DNA of 63,968 nucleotides, the filler included, from Octopus bimaculoides (lineage: Eukaryota), in NCBI RefSeq assembly GCF_001194135.2. It is 6 parts of 6 records of this genome, joined end to end, with 100 filler letters (N's around TTAATTAATTAA, not from the genome) between each part and the next. Parts side by side here need not be neighbours in the genome. Positions count along the whole stretch, not along the records: positions 25,762 to 40,299 come from NC_068990.1; positions 40,400 to 57,375 come from NC_068999.1; 4 more parts are not named here. One strand, 5' to 3'. Below, piece after piece: positions 37,211 through 51,562 of the stretch; position 1 is the stretch's first letter; each line of letters begins with the position of its first letter. The position numbers were made by a program, and so were the translations under genes. The notes under the pieces were generated by a model, which was given only the letters and a program-made list of their open reading frames with translations, was not told the origin of the DNA and did no database searches.

Positions 37211-39196
37211 ATACACATGTACTGGCAATCGTGGTTGCATACGTAAATACGTGTGCATATAGATTCACGGGAACATTCAGGCTTATATGCATACATTCGT
37301 AAATGCATGCGTGTATGCATACTTGTCTGCATACATGTTTACATTTCCCGTTGATATTGCGCAGATTTGAACGAAAGAGGCTTAGAGCGTGTCTATATCT
37401 TCTGGCAACTCCATAGGGACGCAAAACAATGAAACCCTCAATTTTGAGTGATGACGGATATATGTGTATGGACGAACACACACTCACACACACACACATG
37501 AGTTGAAACAAAGATGGGAGAGAAAGAGGGAGAGAGAGAGAGAGAGAGGGAGAGACAGTGAAGAGAGAGAGGGATAGAGGCTGAAATACACAAATGAGTG
37601 AATAATTACTCAGTACATACAGCAGAATGCATTTATTACGAACTAAATTTTAATTTATAACTGTTTAAAATATTCATTTTTTTTTTGTTTGCACTTCAAG
37701 GTGATTGATAACATATTTTCATTCGGAGTGTAAGTGAGGTTAACAAGCGCCGAAGATGTCCACTTATCATCTTAAAAATCTTTAGCTGAAAGTTTCATAA
37801 ATTAAATCAGTAATATCGGACAGAACTATTGGAATACTTTAACGTTTTCAGACTATCGTGTCTTTAATATAATTGGAACACCAATTTGAATTAGTAAGAG
37901 CAGTTAAGTGAGACAGAACTGAAAACTGCTCATTGGGATTCATTATTTGTGTAGTCTTCCGTTCGCCAGCCGTAATATTAAAGCAAGTAATTTTCAGTAA
38001 TTTAGCTGTCATCTCTTTTGCTGAAGTGAGATTGTATAACTAGCAACCGACTGAGATTAGTTACTGGAAGTCGGTTGGAAATGATTCAATAATCAGACAA
38101 GCTTCTAGTTTAGTGTCATGTTATGTATTCCAATTGTCACCTTGTCTTACTCAATTCTGAATTATAACCTTTAGTGAGTCTAAATATATTAGTCCAGAAA
38201 ATTGTAATCATTTATTCTTAAGCCTCAAAATTAAGAGCCTTACAAATGGATTAAATGTGAATAAACTCAGTAGCCCCTAATATATGACTTCTGGCATTTG
38301 CTCTGAGTTATGGTACAAATGGTTATGGTACAAATGAGCAATAAAGGAGAAAGAATATCATAAACTTTAATGTCATCAAATCACAACAAAGTATATTTGA
38401 TATTTTGAGTCAAATTCGTAAGAAACACTTACAAAAAAAAAAAAAACGTTAGATGGAATTGCTTCACGTATACTAACAATGGAAACTATTCAAACTAAGA
38501 TGGTCTTGCCTGGATGTCTTTGATATTCCATCAGGACTGAACTGGAACTAAGCAATAACAATAATTAGGCCTAGATTAATGATATTAATGTTCTGTCCAG
38601 CTCTGAATGTCGTGCGACAATGTTTGAGGATCAACTTATCCTTTGCATAAAATTTGAGGTTTGGTAAACTGATTTCAAAAATGGCGTAGGCATAGAACTT
38701 TAGTTCCATTTCTCTGACAAGACCACTGATATTCTTTGATAAATTGTTTGCAGGATGTTATTTCCACTTTCTCCAACCATTTGTGTACAACTGCTGAAGA
38801 TGGTAGCATATTTTGTTTATTAATGAATAATTAAATAAATTAGCTAAAGCTCCCTTCAGGGTGAGCAATAAAGGAGAAATGGATATACATGTTTTTACTT
38901 TACAATTTTTTCAGTTCATATACTTCACCGCTCTCAGTAATAATTTCTTTGGTGACAGGACAACCAGTTGGATGCATACATTTCATTTCTAAGATTTTAT
39001 TTAATATATTAACGGAGTGAATATATGAAACCCGAATCTACTACGATATGCATACATAAATACATACATACATACATATGTACACACATACATAAAAACA
39101 TGCATGCATACTTACATGCATACATATGTATATATACATATATAAATATAGAAATATATACATATATATATATATATGTATACATATATGTATATA

Positions 39197-39228
<32 letters not shown>

Positions 39229-39278
39229 GTATATAGTATGCGCGTAATTTTTCAGATTTTCTTATATCCGATATATAC

Positions 39279-39321
<43 letters not shown>

Positions 39322-39902
39322 CACACACATATATGTGTGTGTATGTACACACGCACGCACGCACTCACACCACACACACAAACACCGCACACACACACAT
39401 ATCTGTATGTACACACAAACGCACACACCGCACACACGCACACACACATACACACACAAACGTTGTAGAGCTGTTCAGATTTCGTTTGCTCTACAGTACG
39501 TTCACAAGTGCTGGGAGGTGGATGGATCTTTGGATGAATGTAGAATTCGGCTGTGGACAAGCCTGTTTGATGGTTGGCATAATAAGCATGTGCTCACAAA
39601 CATCGTCATCAGCATTTTTTCGTAGTGCAATGAACCGTAGAAGAGCGATCTCAAATCTATAAATAGCTGGACACACCCTCTGACGATGCTGTAACGAGGC
39701 GAGCAAAGTTCATATTCTTTCCCTTTGTCACGTCTTTGATGTTTCGTTGACTCAAGGTGTGTGGGTCGGCAGTGTGTGTGTGTGTCTGTTTGTCATTATA
39801 TTGGCGCCTAAAGCAGCATCGAAATCATAGTGCTTGAGGAGGAAGCTTTCCTTTTTATTTTATTAACTCACACACCTAACGGTCTATATATATATATATC
39901 TA

Positions 39903-39981
<79 letters not shown>

Positions 39982-40200
39982 ATGTGTGTGTGTGTGTGTA
40001 TGTGTGTATGCGTGTGTGTNNNNNNNNNNTATATATGTACGCTCTCACCTACATATATGTTTGCATATATAAACGTATCTATATCAATATATCTGTGTAT
40101 ATGCATGCATATATGCATATATATATGTTTATATTTATGTATATGTACGTGTATATATATGTATGAGTATGTGTATGTACACAAACGCAATACACACACA

Positions 40201-40299
<99 letters not shown>

Positions 40300-40399
40300 N
40301 NNNNNNNNNNNNNNNNNNNNNNNNNNNNNNNNNNNNNNNNNNNTTAATTAATTAANNNNNNNNNNNNNNNNNNNNNNNNNNNNNNNNNNNNNNNNNNNN
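40300..40399. other. Artificial scaffold join spacer (44N-TTAATTAATTAA-44N)
   Basis: Same 100-bp layout. Confidence 0.95.
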
Positions 40400-40576
40400 A
40401 TATAGGGATTGACAGTAGCCTGCTTCTCCAACATACTGAGAATTCAGAAATAGCAGTCAAAGAACTACTGATTTCAAAACTACAAATTATTACTCCAGAT
40501 TGATAGCGATATTTTTGATACACACAGAACAAAAAACAGTAGAGAAGAGATAATTGACGATTCCCTGCCCTGCATA

Positions 40577-40625
<49 letters not shown>

Positions 40626-40949
40626 GTGTGTGTGTGTGTATGTATATATATATATATATATATATATTTCATATTTACATATATATTTATATATATACAT
40701 ACATATATTCATACAAGTGTGTGTGTGTCTGTGTATAGTATGTATGTATATATGATGATTGTGTGTGAGCGTGAGGAAGCAATCGGAACCCACCATAAGC
40801 ATCTCAAACGAGCATCCAAGTATCGGGTCACAAATTTAATTAGATATGAACGTAATTTAATGGGCTTATGCAACTGAAAATAAGATCTATGCAAAAAGTG
40901 GTATAACTTTCGTGGATAAGCTAATCAAACTTGAGGAATTAAAAGTTGT

Positions 40950-42260
40950 TTGGTGTATCGAAAAGATTGTATGACAGTGCAGACATCTGTGATCTTGTGA
41001 GTCTCTTTAAATTACATACAATAGATCCAAGTTCCTATCCCTTGATGTTAGTATATATCTAGAAGAAGGGTTGGGAATATCTCATGACTGTGATGGTCAC
41101 ACTCTTGATACATTTCAGGAAAATCTTTTTGATACCTTCGTCAAATAGGCCTCAAAATCCCTGTCTAAAGTTGACTTTTTAGATATTTTCCGAGATTTAA
41201 ACACCCGTTCTGATATGCCGTATCATAAGCCAAACGAGAAGCTCTCATTTATACAGAAACAGTGCTGTCACCTCCCAATAAGTTTTTAGAATCTGATATC
41301 TAACATCAGTAATAAGATATTAAATCTATCTTCTTCTAAACAAATATTGGTTAACGCAGCTCCCTACTATAATAGAGTCGTAGCTAATCCTAGCTAACAG
41401 CGGATTCTATGATAGAGTATATGAAAATTCTTTAAGTGAAAATATGAACCGTAAAAATAGACTAAAAATAGACCTAGGATTATAATTTTGTTCACCCCTC
41501 CTTTCTCCCTTCTTGTTACTTTCAGATAGACATTTTTCAATAAGTCATAAATACAGAAGAATTTCTAACAGGCGCTCAATAAAAATATCATTGAGCTGCT
41601 CTCCAATATAAAGAACATTATAACTCGCAAAATTCAGCAATAGAGCATTCCCAGTTGCAAATGTTGATACTCTGAAGCTTGCCCACTTGATCACGCTCGT
41701 ATGATAAACTCCGTCAAAGATGAGGCTGTAGTTACAACTACGCTCCTAAAAAGATCAATTGAAAAGAATTACATCGGGTTATGTGAAGGCGAATTCAGGA
41801 GTTATTTTGCAAATCACCCATCTCCTTTCCGGCACATTGCTAAAAGTAATGCCACTAAGTTGGAGAGCCACGTAAGGAATTTGAAGAGCAGCTCCACACC
41901 GAAAACAATTAAGTGGAAAATACTGGAGAAAACTAAGCCATACGTTAATGGATCCAAGAAATGATACTTATGCGTAGCAGAAAGATTTCATATTTTTCTT
42001 CAATCCTGAAATTCCAACACGCTGCTTAATTCGAGATCTGAAATTTTAGCAGGTGTAGACACATGGACAGGTTTCTTTTATCTAATTGGAGGACAGCACC
42101 CGCCACGGATTGAGTTGCTGTTTCGCAGACTTTGATATTTTTTTGGTTATTTTGTTCTAAACCACTTGTATTTAATGAGCTTCCTGTTATCAGAGAGGGA
42201 AAGGACCGTAAGTCGTGATCTTTGCTTTGTCTCGTGCTATTATTCACACCAACGTTCTTC
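40950..42260 (+). mobile_element. Penelope-like element, decayed RT-GIY-YIG ORF and 3' terminal region
   Basis: RT relics LYDSADICDLVSL (cf. GSYDGAExCELVG), VDFLDI..DLNT, YHKPN...HLP. GIY-YIG: KNYIGLCEGEFRSYFANHPSPFRH...NATKLESHVRNLK...IKWKILEKTKPYVNGSKK*YLCVAERFHI...LLNSRSEI. Confidence 0.88.
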
Positions 42261-42486
42261 ACGTTTTTTCCACGTGTTTTTTTTTCCTTTATTTTCTTAC
42301 TATCCAGCGTCTATGTTTTTAAAAATTATAAATAACGCATAAATAGAGTCTGAAAGATTACGTTAAGGTACATGACGTAGATTATAAATATGCCTGTTCA
42401 AGTATTATAATAGCATGAAACTATTAGTTGCGCTTTCGGTAGTGTATTTAGTTTATATATTTGTGTGTTAGTGTGTGAGTGTGTTA

Positions 42487-42554
<68 letters not shown>

Positions 42555-43195
42555 GGGTAAATGCATAAGCAGAAAGTGTATGAAAGTATACGTATATATA
42601 CGTGTATGTGTGTGTGTATTTATACGTACGTGTATTGCATAATTGCTACTTGGCCGTGGTTACACAACATGGAGAGCATGCATTTGTTTTCTAATACATT
42701 ATTATACATAATCGTTATCATCCTTAGAAGCCACTCTTAAATGAATGCGTTCATATTGTTATATTCAACAATGTGCTAATTAAATATACAATTTGCATAC
42801 CATTAAAGGTAATAAAATTACTTGACTTGCTACTCTTGCACGCACACAAACACTTACAAACGCACGCGCGCATATGCTCTTATAATATTTATTACATCAT
42901 TTTGAATTCTTATTGCCTTGTGTGTGATAAACTAATGCTGATGTATTTGTTGTTTCTGCTGCTGTTGTTGATGGTAATAATGATAATTATAAGTTGCTGG
43001 AGGCGATTGTTCTATGATCCACATTTATGTATGCACAGATATATCTTTTGCTTTTACCGTAGTGTGCAGAATATCTGAGGAGTTGATAATATTCCCAACA
43101 GGCCGACCAATTGTATGTAGGGCCCACCTTTGGCAGCCTTTTTTGTTTATACAATCATAACATTTCCTGTGAAATTGAGTAAAAATAGTACTTTA

Positions 43196-43355
43196 CTTTC
43201 GGCGTGGATGTGTGGTCAGAAGCTTGCTTCTCAGCTACATGGTTTAGTGTTCATTCCCTCTGCGTAGCACATTAAGCACGTGTCTTCTACTATAGCCTCG
43301 GGCCGACCACAGCCTTGTGAGTGGATTTAGGAGACGGAAACTGCAATAAGCCTGT
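43196..43355 (+). mobile_element. SINE family A, 5' half
   Basis: ggcgtggatgtgtggtcagaagcttgcttc...tatagcctcgggccgaccacagccttgtgagtggatttaggagacggaaactg. Confidence 0.85.
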
Positions 43356-44173
43356 CATATATATAAATTGTAAGTTGTTGCTGTAACTGCTATTGTTGTT
43401 GTATAGCCCTATATATACCTTAATTGAGGATAAAATGATTCCTGCTTCTGACCAACCCTTCTGTTTGTATACTAGCGACTATGTTGTCCAGTTGTTCTTC
43501 TCTTTTGTTATGGACAAAAGGTTTTTATTTGGTTTCTATAATTATCAGTTCAAGCGACATCAAAGTATCATCGAGCAATACATTCTTAGCAGTTAGCTTT
43601 ATGGGTATGATTTAAATAGGTTTTCAGTGTTTGTGAATATACGCATACAGAAGGCTTTTAAAAGAGAAATAAACAGAAAAGATCATTACTCAGTTTTGTC
43701 GAAGACACTTGTAGAGGAAGCAGATGTGTATCAAACAAGAAAAATGTACCACAATACAACGAAATGAGAAGCGTAGAAATATATATAAGTCATTTGAATT
43801 TATGAAAACGTACGTAGAGTGTCGACCTTCCTCCGATGACCAAAAGGGTTGTCTACCACATATAAACTATGTGAGACACTCATATCCCTACGTATGCACA
43901 ATCCACAAGCCAAACAGCACGATTTTTATTTATTGTCTCGCAGGAGTAGAGACAGTTTATTAGTCGACGGTGTTCCTTTCTATAGAAATACTTGGTTATA
44001 TGTTACATAGTTGATGAAATAACAAAAGAGAGTCACGTAACCTATTATACGTTTCATTGTTACGAAGTTTAGAGTGCTGAGTGAACACAAAGCCACACTA
44101 GTGTATCAGTTTGAAGACGACATTAATACATAAATATGTGTCTAGTGAACTATTTCAATAACCAATCTGGTTG

Positions 44174-44207
<34 letters not shown>

Positions 44208-44359
44208 CATCCATTTATCTATCTATCGATTAATCTATCTATCGATCAATCTATCTATCGATCAATCTATCTATCGATCAATCTATCTATCCATCCATCT
44301 GTCTTTGTATATATGCATGCATGTATTTACGTATGTAGCTAGACAGCTATCAGTTTGAC

Positions 44360-44403
<44 letters not shown>

Positions 44404-44486
44404 AATTAGCACGCACCCATACATGGGTCATCCTGCCTTATTAGATGGTTCAGAGACTTGTTGGAAAACATAAGGTCTTCTGTTGC

Positions 44487-44544
<58 letters not shown>

Positions 44545-44632
44545 ACCCCAGAAATTTCTCCTAAACATCTGTGTAAACACCAGTATTGATTCTTAAGTTT
44601 TGTAAAAAAAAAAACCAAAAAAACCCAACAAA

Positions 44633-45251
44633 CATTCAGGTGGCATAATATCTGCTTCATTGCGAATGACTCCTAGAACCATCACAGTTGCTTGGAACGT
44701 AATATACATACCCACTGGAGCCTCATTCGGGTGTCCATTTAGTCAACAGTTGTTCTTTTGATTTACTTTTTGATCATGATCGTTGTTTTTTTCTCGTCGA
44801 AGAAAACCGCCAGCCACTTCGAGTTTTCATTGTTTTAGCAAAAATCTTATGCGGGTCGAACGATTCGCTTTTGTCGCATCCGACATAAACTCACTCCTCC
44901 TCATCGTATAAAACTTGAGGTCTTTTGCAATGGTTATGGTTGACTTTCTGGCTTTATAGCGATAATTTCTTTGACATTTTGTATGAAGTGATGTGCTCAA
45001 ATGGTATTATGACACTGTGCATGCATTTTGCGTTTAGCTACTTATGTTGGATCGTCGTCAGCAGCTTCCAGTCCTTTCGAACAATGACACGAAAGGATTG
45101 AGAAGCATTGAGGAAGCAAATTATCTTTCTATCACTATGCTGTGCCTTTCAGGCAACGATTAGGGCGTGCATTTAATTTGCTGAAACAAGTTTGACTTTA
45201 TTTGAAAAGTAAGGGAGATGAAAAGCAATAAGAAGTAAGTTAGAGCCCCTG
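44633..45251 (-). mobile_element. maT (Bmmar1/DD37D-like) Tc1/mariner transposon, 5' half, decayed
   Basis: Minus translation ALIVA*KAQHSDRKIICFLNASQSF...VAKRKMH...; WLAVFFDEKKNNDHDQKVNQKNN..L...TFQATVMVLGVIRNEADIMPP (cf. FSDEKNF.QDQKVN.QN.RWL...KFPATVMVLGVVSNEGDVMPP). Truncated before the second D. Confidence 0.8.
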
Positions 45252-48200
45252 AATGAGGTTTCCTAAAAAGCAAAGTAGCCACACACACACACTCGCTTGT
45301 TATGCATCGTCATCAATATCATTATCATAATTTACATTGTTTTGTAGCTCGCCCGTCTTACCAGACACCACTGCTTTCATAGACTAATTGCTACATGTTT
45401 TTTTCACTTGACGTTTACGGCTGGATACATTCACGTGGCACCGGCAATATGTATGTAGTCACATTCTCGTCAAGTTAATATCTCTTAAACGTACTTAACT
45501 TGAACACACTCATTCATCAAATCACGTTTGTAAGTTTTGCTCAGGCAATGTTACTGAGTAGATGTACAGAGGAGAGAACGGTAACACAAAAGAAGTAGAT
45601 TAAGTTGATGAAAGAAAGAAGATTATGAGGATTAAGGTAAAGCAATTTGAACCAAGATAGCAGTGATGGGCACTAGCAGCGTTGGATGAAACCAAAATTA
45701 GGTGATATGTGGCAAAAGAGTACCCCTACCATACGGTCAACCTCTATTTAATAATATTTTGAATTAGCTGACAGTAACTTGTAAACTTTCGACAAGAGTA
45801 ACTCATAGTAACTTCCATTTAATTCAACATGTAGTGATGGAAAATCAGAAGCTTTAGAATGTATCAGGCCATACTAGCTTGGAGAATTTTGAGGCTTTGG
45901 CTCAAAATTTTGTTGTTACGTACGTTAATTTCTATATTCTAGTTTGCACCCTAAATTCTTACTTTTATTTATATGCAGTATTTTATATTTTGCAGGTAGT
46001 ATATAATACACCAGATTATACTACCCAGTTTAGGAGGGTGAAGATAACGGAAGGGTGGATGGGCACTAGCTAGCAGTTGAGACCAAACAGAAATATTCAA
46101 ACATGCGAATTAATACACACACACACACAGTAAGTATTCATACAGTTTCCTTCTAGATTCGAAATCCTTTGCGAGGATGAAACCGAAAATATTTAGTTGT
46201 AAATCGAACTTACATCCATGCCTATATCATTCATAAATTCATAGCGTTCAGATATTTATAACTAAATAAATTTTAGTCGTTAATGTTTATATTACTTAAA
46301 TACAAAAGCCTTTGATAAGTGCGTAGGAAATTCAAGCATGATTTATAATAAATTCCATTAATAGTATGTCTACTTCATTAACATACTGATAGAATATGTA
46401 AATCATCAAAGAATTATGCTTTTATTGCTAGTTAAGTGGATGATTTTTCTACGACTCTAAAACTATTTAATAAATTTGGCGAATTATACATTTAAAGAAA
46501 TGTTGATATGATCTCTGGGCATAGAACAAATTCGATTCGCAATTGCAACAATTTCAAATTAGACTTACCCCCCACTTATACATTCACTAACCCACACCAG
46601 AAAAAAAATATTCACGTGCAAATATACCATACCATAGAACCATACGTAGAATCTGACTTCTCCGTAATAAATCGATATAGCCTATTGATTTCTATTTGTC
46701 ATTAAGTTTAATAACAATCTATAGACCTAATAGGTTAAAAGGAAAAAAATCAAAATAAAGCAAAGAAAATATTTTTGCGTGTAGCAACATGAGATCAAGT
46801 TTATAAACAATGATTATTTCAATTGTAAAACATTAAAATTATTGAATTTGTATGTGTCTCAGGAGATTAAATGAACAAAGTAATTTTTTTCCTGGAGTCT
46901 AAATTAAATCGCATGGAGAATGAATGCTTCCGTGGCTGAATGGAGAAGATAACTAATCTTAAGTTATCTCTATAATCACGGCAAAATTTAAAAATAGCTC
47001 TGCTTGCTGAAGCGTCTAGACAAGAATACGAAGTAATAATATCTTTATAGTCAATTTAGGAACGAAAAATTCGATAAATTGTGATTGACTTTTGGGCATA
47101 GAAAACATAATATTTTCACGACCAACTAATCTACTTTTTAGAAACTTACAAAGTTCAGTTAATTCATAAAACTCGTGTTTAGCTGCAATTTTTAGACAAG
47201 TATTATATATCTATGTCATGCTTATGTGTTTCCAATGAAAAATAAATTGTACACGAATATTTCCTGTGAAATATTGTATCTGGTTTGGATGAAAATGTTT
47301 TGTTATCACTTTCGAATACAATATTATGTTTTGAATTGGCAGGGTTCCCTTTTATGGTAGCTAACATTGCCTTTTGTTATTTTTAAAATAGTTTTGTAAA
47401 TGTCTCCATCGCTAATAATACTCGATGATACTGACTCTGATTAAAACACAATACCTATTAAGTTTTTGAAAGGGGACGAATCATTGATGAAAACATTTAA
47501 ACCTACAAGTTCATTTACTACCACGCTGTTTTATATGGGGGAACTTTGCCAACAATTTATTGATTTACTTGTTTCGTTTTGTATTAAGAGAAACAATATA
47601 TACAATATATAAAAGCATAAACAATGACCATACTAAACTACTTTCAATAAACCTCCATTCTTCTATCAGTTTTTGGGCTTTAGATATTGTGACATCTAAG
47701 GACAAATATCATTGATTTAAAGCAATATTAATTTCGTTAGGTTATATCATGAAATCAAATTCACTTGAATGTTCTTGTAACAATAAAAATGTTGATCATT
47801 TTCCCACCAAAATGCGTATTGTGAGATGTTTGCACTACGTAATTTTTTGCTATATTACGTCCTCGCTTATTGCCCATTACTCAAAACGTAGAAAAACAGA
47901 ATTTTCTTTATTCTTTCTTTCCATTTTATGTGCTACATAAAAGACTACTCTATATGTCTAGGCACTTTCAAACATGATTTAATGTTGATATCTGCTTTCT
48001 CAATTTTTTCCACCTCTCCATCTTCCATTTAAAAGCCATTATGTTTAAATATTAAGCTAGAAGATTGCTTTATTTCTGCATTTTCTCTTTTTCTTTCCTT
48101 TTTCCTTTTTCATCTTTCACTCTATCTCTGTTCGCTCTCGTTATATGTCTTCTTTGCTCTTCTCTCTCTCTCCCTATGTACGTGTGTATGTATCTATATA

Positions 48201-48554
48201 TGTATTAATGTATATGTACATATATNNNNNNNNNNNNNNNNNNNNNNNNNNNNNNNNNNNNNNNNNNNNNNNNNNNNNNNNNNNNNNNNNNNNNNNNNNN
48301 NNNNNNNNNNNNNNNNNNNNNNNNNNNNNNNNNNNNNNNNNNNNNNNNNNNNNNNNNNNNNNNNNNNNNNNNNNNNNNNNNNNNNNNNNNNNNNNNNNNN
48401 NNNNNNNNNNNNNNNNNNNNNNNNNNNNNNNNNNNNNNNNNNCTATATATCTATATATGTATGTATATGTATATATATATATATGTGTGTATATATATAT
48501 AATTATGCATACATATATAGGCGCAAATCACTCAGAGATGCATGAACGCATATG

Positions 48555-48597
<43 letters not shown>

Positions 48598-48672
48598 ATA
48601 TATATATGTATGTATATGCATATATACACATTTATATCTACATATATATGTTTATGAATATGTATACACCCA

Positions 48673-48718
<46 letters not shown>

Positions 48719-49634
48719 ACTGAATCTATTTCAGGCTTCGCCTATGATTTTTCTTTTAACTTTATGGCTATTGATGTGTTATTTTTTTTACTTACTATTT
48801 TTTATTTTTTTTTTTATATTTTAATGGACCGATCAAAACTTAATAAAATATTACCGTTTTTTTTTCTCCTGACAAAACTTCATGGCAACTATAATATAAT
48901 AAAATATTGATGTGTCATAGAATTATATGTTGATGGGTAAGTATCACTATTATTATTATCACTATATCCCGCCTTACTCTTTGATCTTTCAATCGCCTGC
49001 TGGATAAGGAGAAATGTATATTTATAATTATTCATATTTTTAGAGTTGAATTAATACACACCTCAGGAAATATTAAAAATATATTTTTAATATACCCTTA
49101 TACTTTTGTGTGGGTTCAGAAATATATACGGAAAGAATATCTTTTTTGCTGTTTAGTTTTTTTTTCTTTTTATATTTCTCTGATATATCTAGTACGACTT
49201 TACTGTTATATATTTCCTTTAAATGTAATTAAATTTTCAAAATCCACTCTCCTCTTTTACATATTAAGTCAAGGATCATTATAATTTTAGCGGTATCCTC
49301 TCCATAAATGTTAATATTATTCATATATTTATGAAACAAATATTTCGTAAGTGCTATACTTCACTTGACTTTGTCGATATTTTGCATAAAAAATAGCCAC
49401 GGATTTTTGTGCTGAAAATATAATTATTGGTGAAAGCCATCTAAACTTTTCACGTGCGTTTGCTAGAATGATTTCGACTAATTCATACAATCCTTATTTT
49501 CTTTCAATTTTCAAACTAGGTACATGATCGTGTATATTTAGGGAAATAAAATTGATATGTTGTGGCGTTTATGTTACTGGAAATGGCATGAGCAGCACAC
49601 AGATGAAAATTATAATTATCAGTAGCTTTCTCAC

Positions 49635-49667
49635 TTCAGTACAGACCGCTTCTCCGGCTTCCGCCAT
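49635..49667 (-). CDS. Candidate first coding exon of an unidentified gene (MAEAGEAVCTE, phase 0)
   Basis: gtcATGGCGGAAGCCGGAGAAGCGGTCTGTACTGAA|GTGAGA: GC-rich patch, strong donor, TATAAAA about 90 nt upstream. Downstream exons not identified. Confidence 0.45.
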
Positions 49668-50404
49668 GACCAATTTTTGACATTAATGTCTATAATTTCG
49701 TGTTAACGTGAAGCACACTTTTAAATAATGTAATTATAACTTGTCGGGAGAAAAGTTTTATATGCCATAAGAGGGATGCATCATATTAAAGAGAGTCAAC
49801 TGTTTATTTTGTGGCGACTAGTGAACAATAGCGTCGTAGGTTACTAGATTTACTTTATTCACTGGAAAACTGCAATTCCGGAAGCAGATATTTAAAATGG
49901 AGAATTTGTGTAGTTGGACTGAAGGCGTATAACAAATAAAAACAATTTGATTATTGCTTTTAATGATAATGTCTCTATATTTTTTACTCAATATATTGTT
50001 TAATGGCACTCAACTAAAAATTTCTTTTCCATTCACAGGGATGTTGTCCTTTAGTATGTTTTCCCGTTCCTAATTTGGAGTTATCACGCCACTGTATTTT
50101 TTGCAATGCACGATTTATTATATCACTTTTTCTCTGAAACTGCATCTTCCTATACACATACACGCACATATATTTACAGGGAGAAGTACTGAGTGAAACT
50201 AGAATGCAAGGACATTTTTGAGTTGTTCTGATATGCGGGAAATTGAGATAGAAGACCTTGACGGACCAGTTCATCGGTTGCTGAATGCTTGTTATAGAAG
50301 ATTTGGCTTTCATTTCCTAGAATTCAGTAGCACGGAAAACTGTATTAACATCTTTATTTCACCTGCAGTCAGAATTTATAAATCCGGATTTGCTCTGCGA
50401 TACA

Positions 50405-50438
<34 letters not shown>

Positions 50439-51493
50439 AATACAACACATGTACACTTATTGCCAATAGTCTCAAAGCATGACATTTTCTGAAGATGTCC
50501 AGAGTTCTCATTGAACAGATTCATACTCTCTGTTCTATTCTATTGTTATAATTGAACTGACTTTAATAATTTGGCATAATCTCCGCTCATTCATTTGTTC
50601 AGAATTGACTGTTGATCTAACGAAGGTTTCTATTCTCACTGGAATAATTTCAAATAAATTATATTTCTCAAGTTTGTATTTACCACCGATGTTATAATTT
50701 GATTTCCAGGCAAAGAGTCTCCCCACTTGTATATTTTCGATAGTCCATTCTCGGACATATATGTCAAATTTTGTAAACATTTCAAAAGTTTGCGCAATGA
50801 GATGTCTGATAAAATTCATCATTTTAGTCTATTGAAGTAAACTTCTTGTCATCTGAGTGCTCTGACCATTTATGGAATTGATTTTTCTCTACTGAACCTC
50901 TGTGTATATTCATTATTCTTAACATATTCAAAATTTATTGATCATATTATATTGAAATATTTCTCACACTGTACATGTTGCATTTGATGAGAGGTCGGCA
51001 TATAGATTCTTGCGTCTGTCTTTATCAAAATTATATACATTTTATACAATGTGCAAAGTTAATTAAAAATGATACGTTGTGTAAAGCCGTTCGGTTTTTC
51101 TGTTGTTTCTTTACTAAATTCAATTTAGCTACTACGGAATTTTTGACAGTCTGTTTTTCTTTTGTTAGTTCCATCCTTGCCAATATTTTATCTTCATAAT
51201 AATGCACAAAGAAAAAATGATGCTGTCATATTCAATGACCTAGTTCTAATTTAATCAAAGATAATCTAGTGTGACAAGTCCAGTTTGCACATAGTCCCAC
51301 GCGCCTAGATAGAACAAATGTATATCTGATGACACATATGTTTCCACTCTCTCCCACTTATACACCCACATACATTTGCTGTATACGTTAAGCCAATGAC
51401 TATATGTATGCATTAATCCAGTTGAAAATTTCAACATGATTTTGTTCCCTCGTAAGAGCATTATAATCCTATATCATCTCAAACGTACACAAT

Positions 51494-51512
51494 GTAGTAG
51501 TAGTAGTAGTAA

Positions 51513-51561
<49 letters not shown>
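51494..51561. repeat. (AGT)n microsatellite
   Basis: Direct run. Confidence 0.95.

Positions 51562-51562
<1 letters not shown>

Noticed and set aside
35984-37302. Poly-D/G/H/Q/T ORFs resembling low-complexity transcription-factor or mucin domains
   Set aside because: All six frames are similarly open over trinucleotide repeats, with no flanking domain or consistent splice structure.
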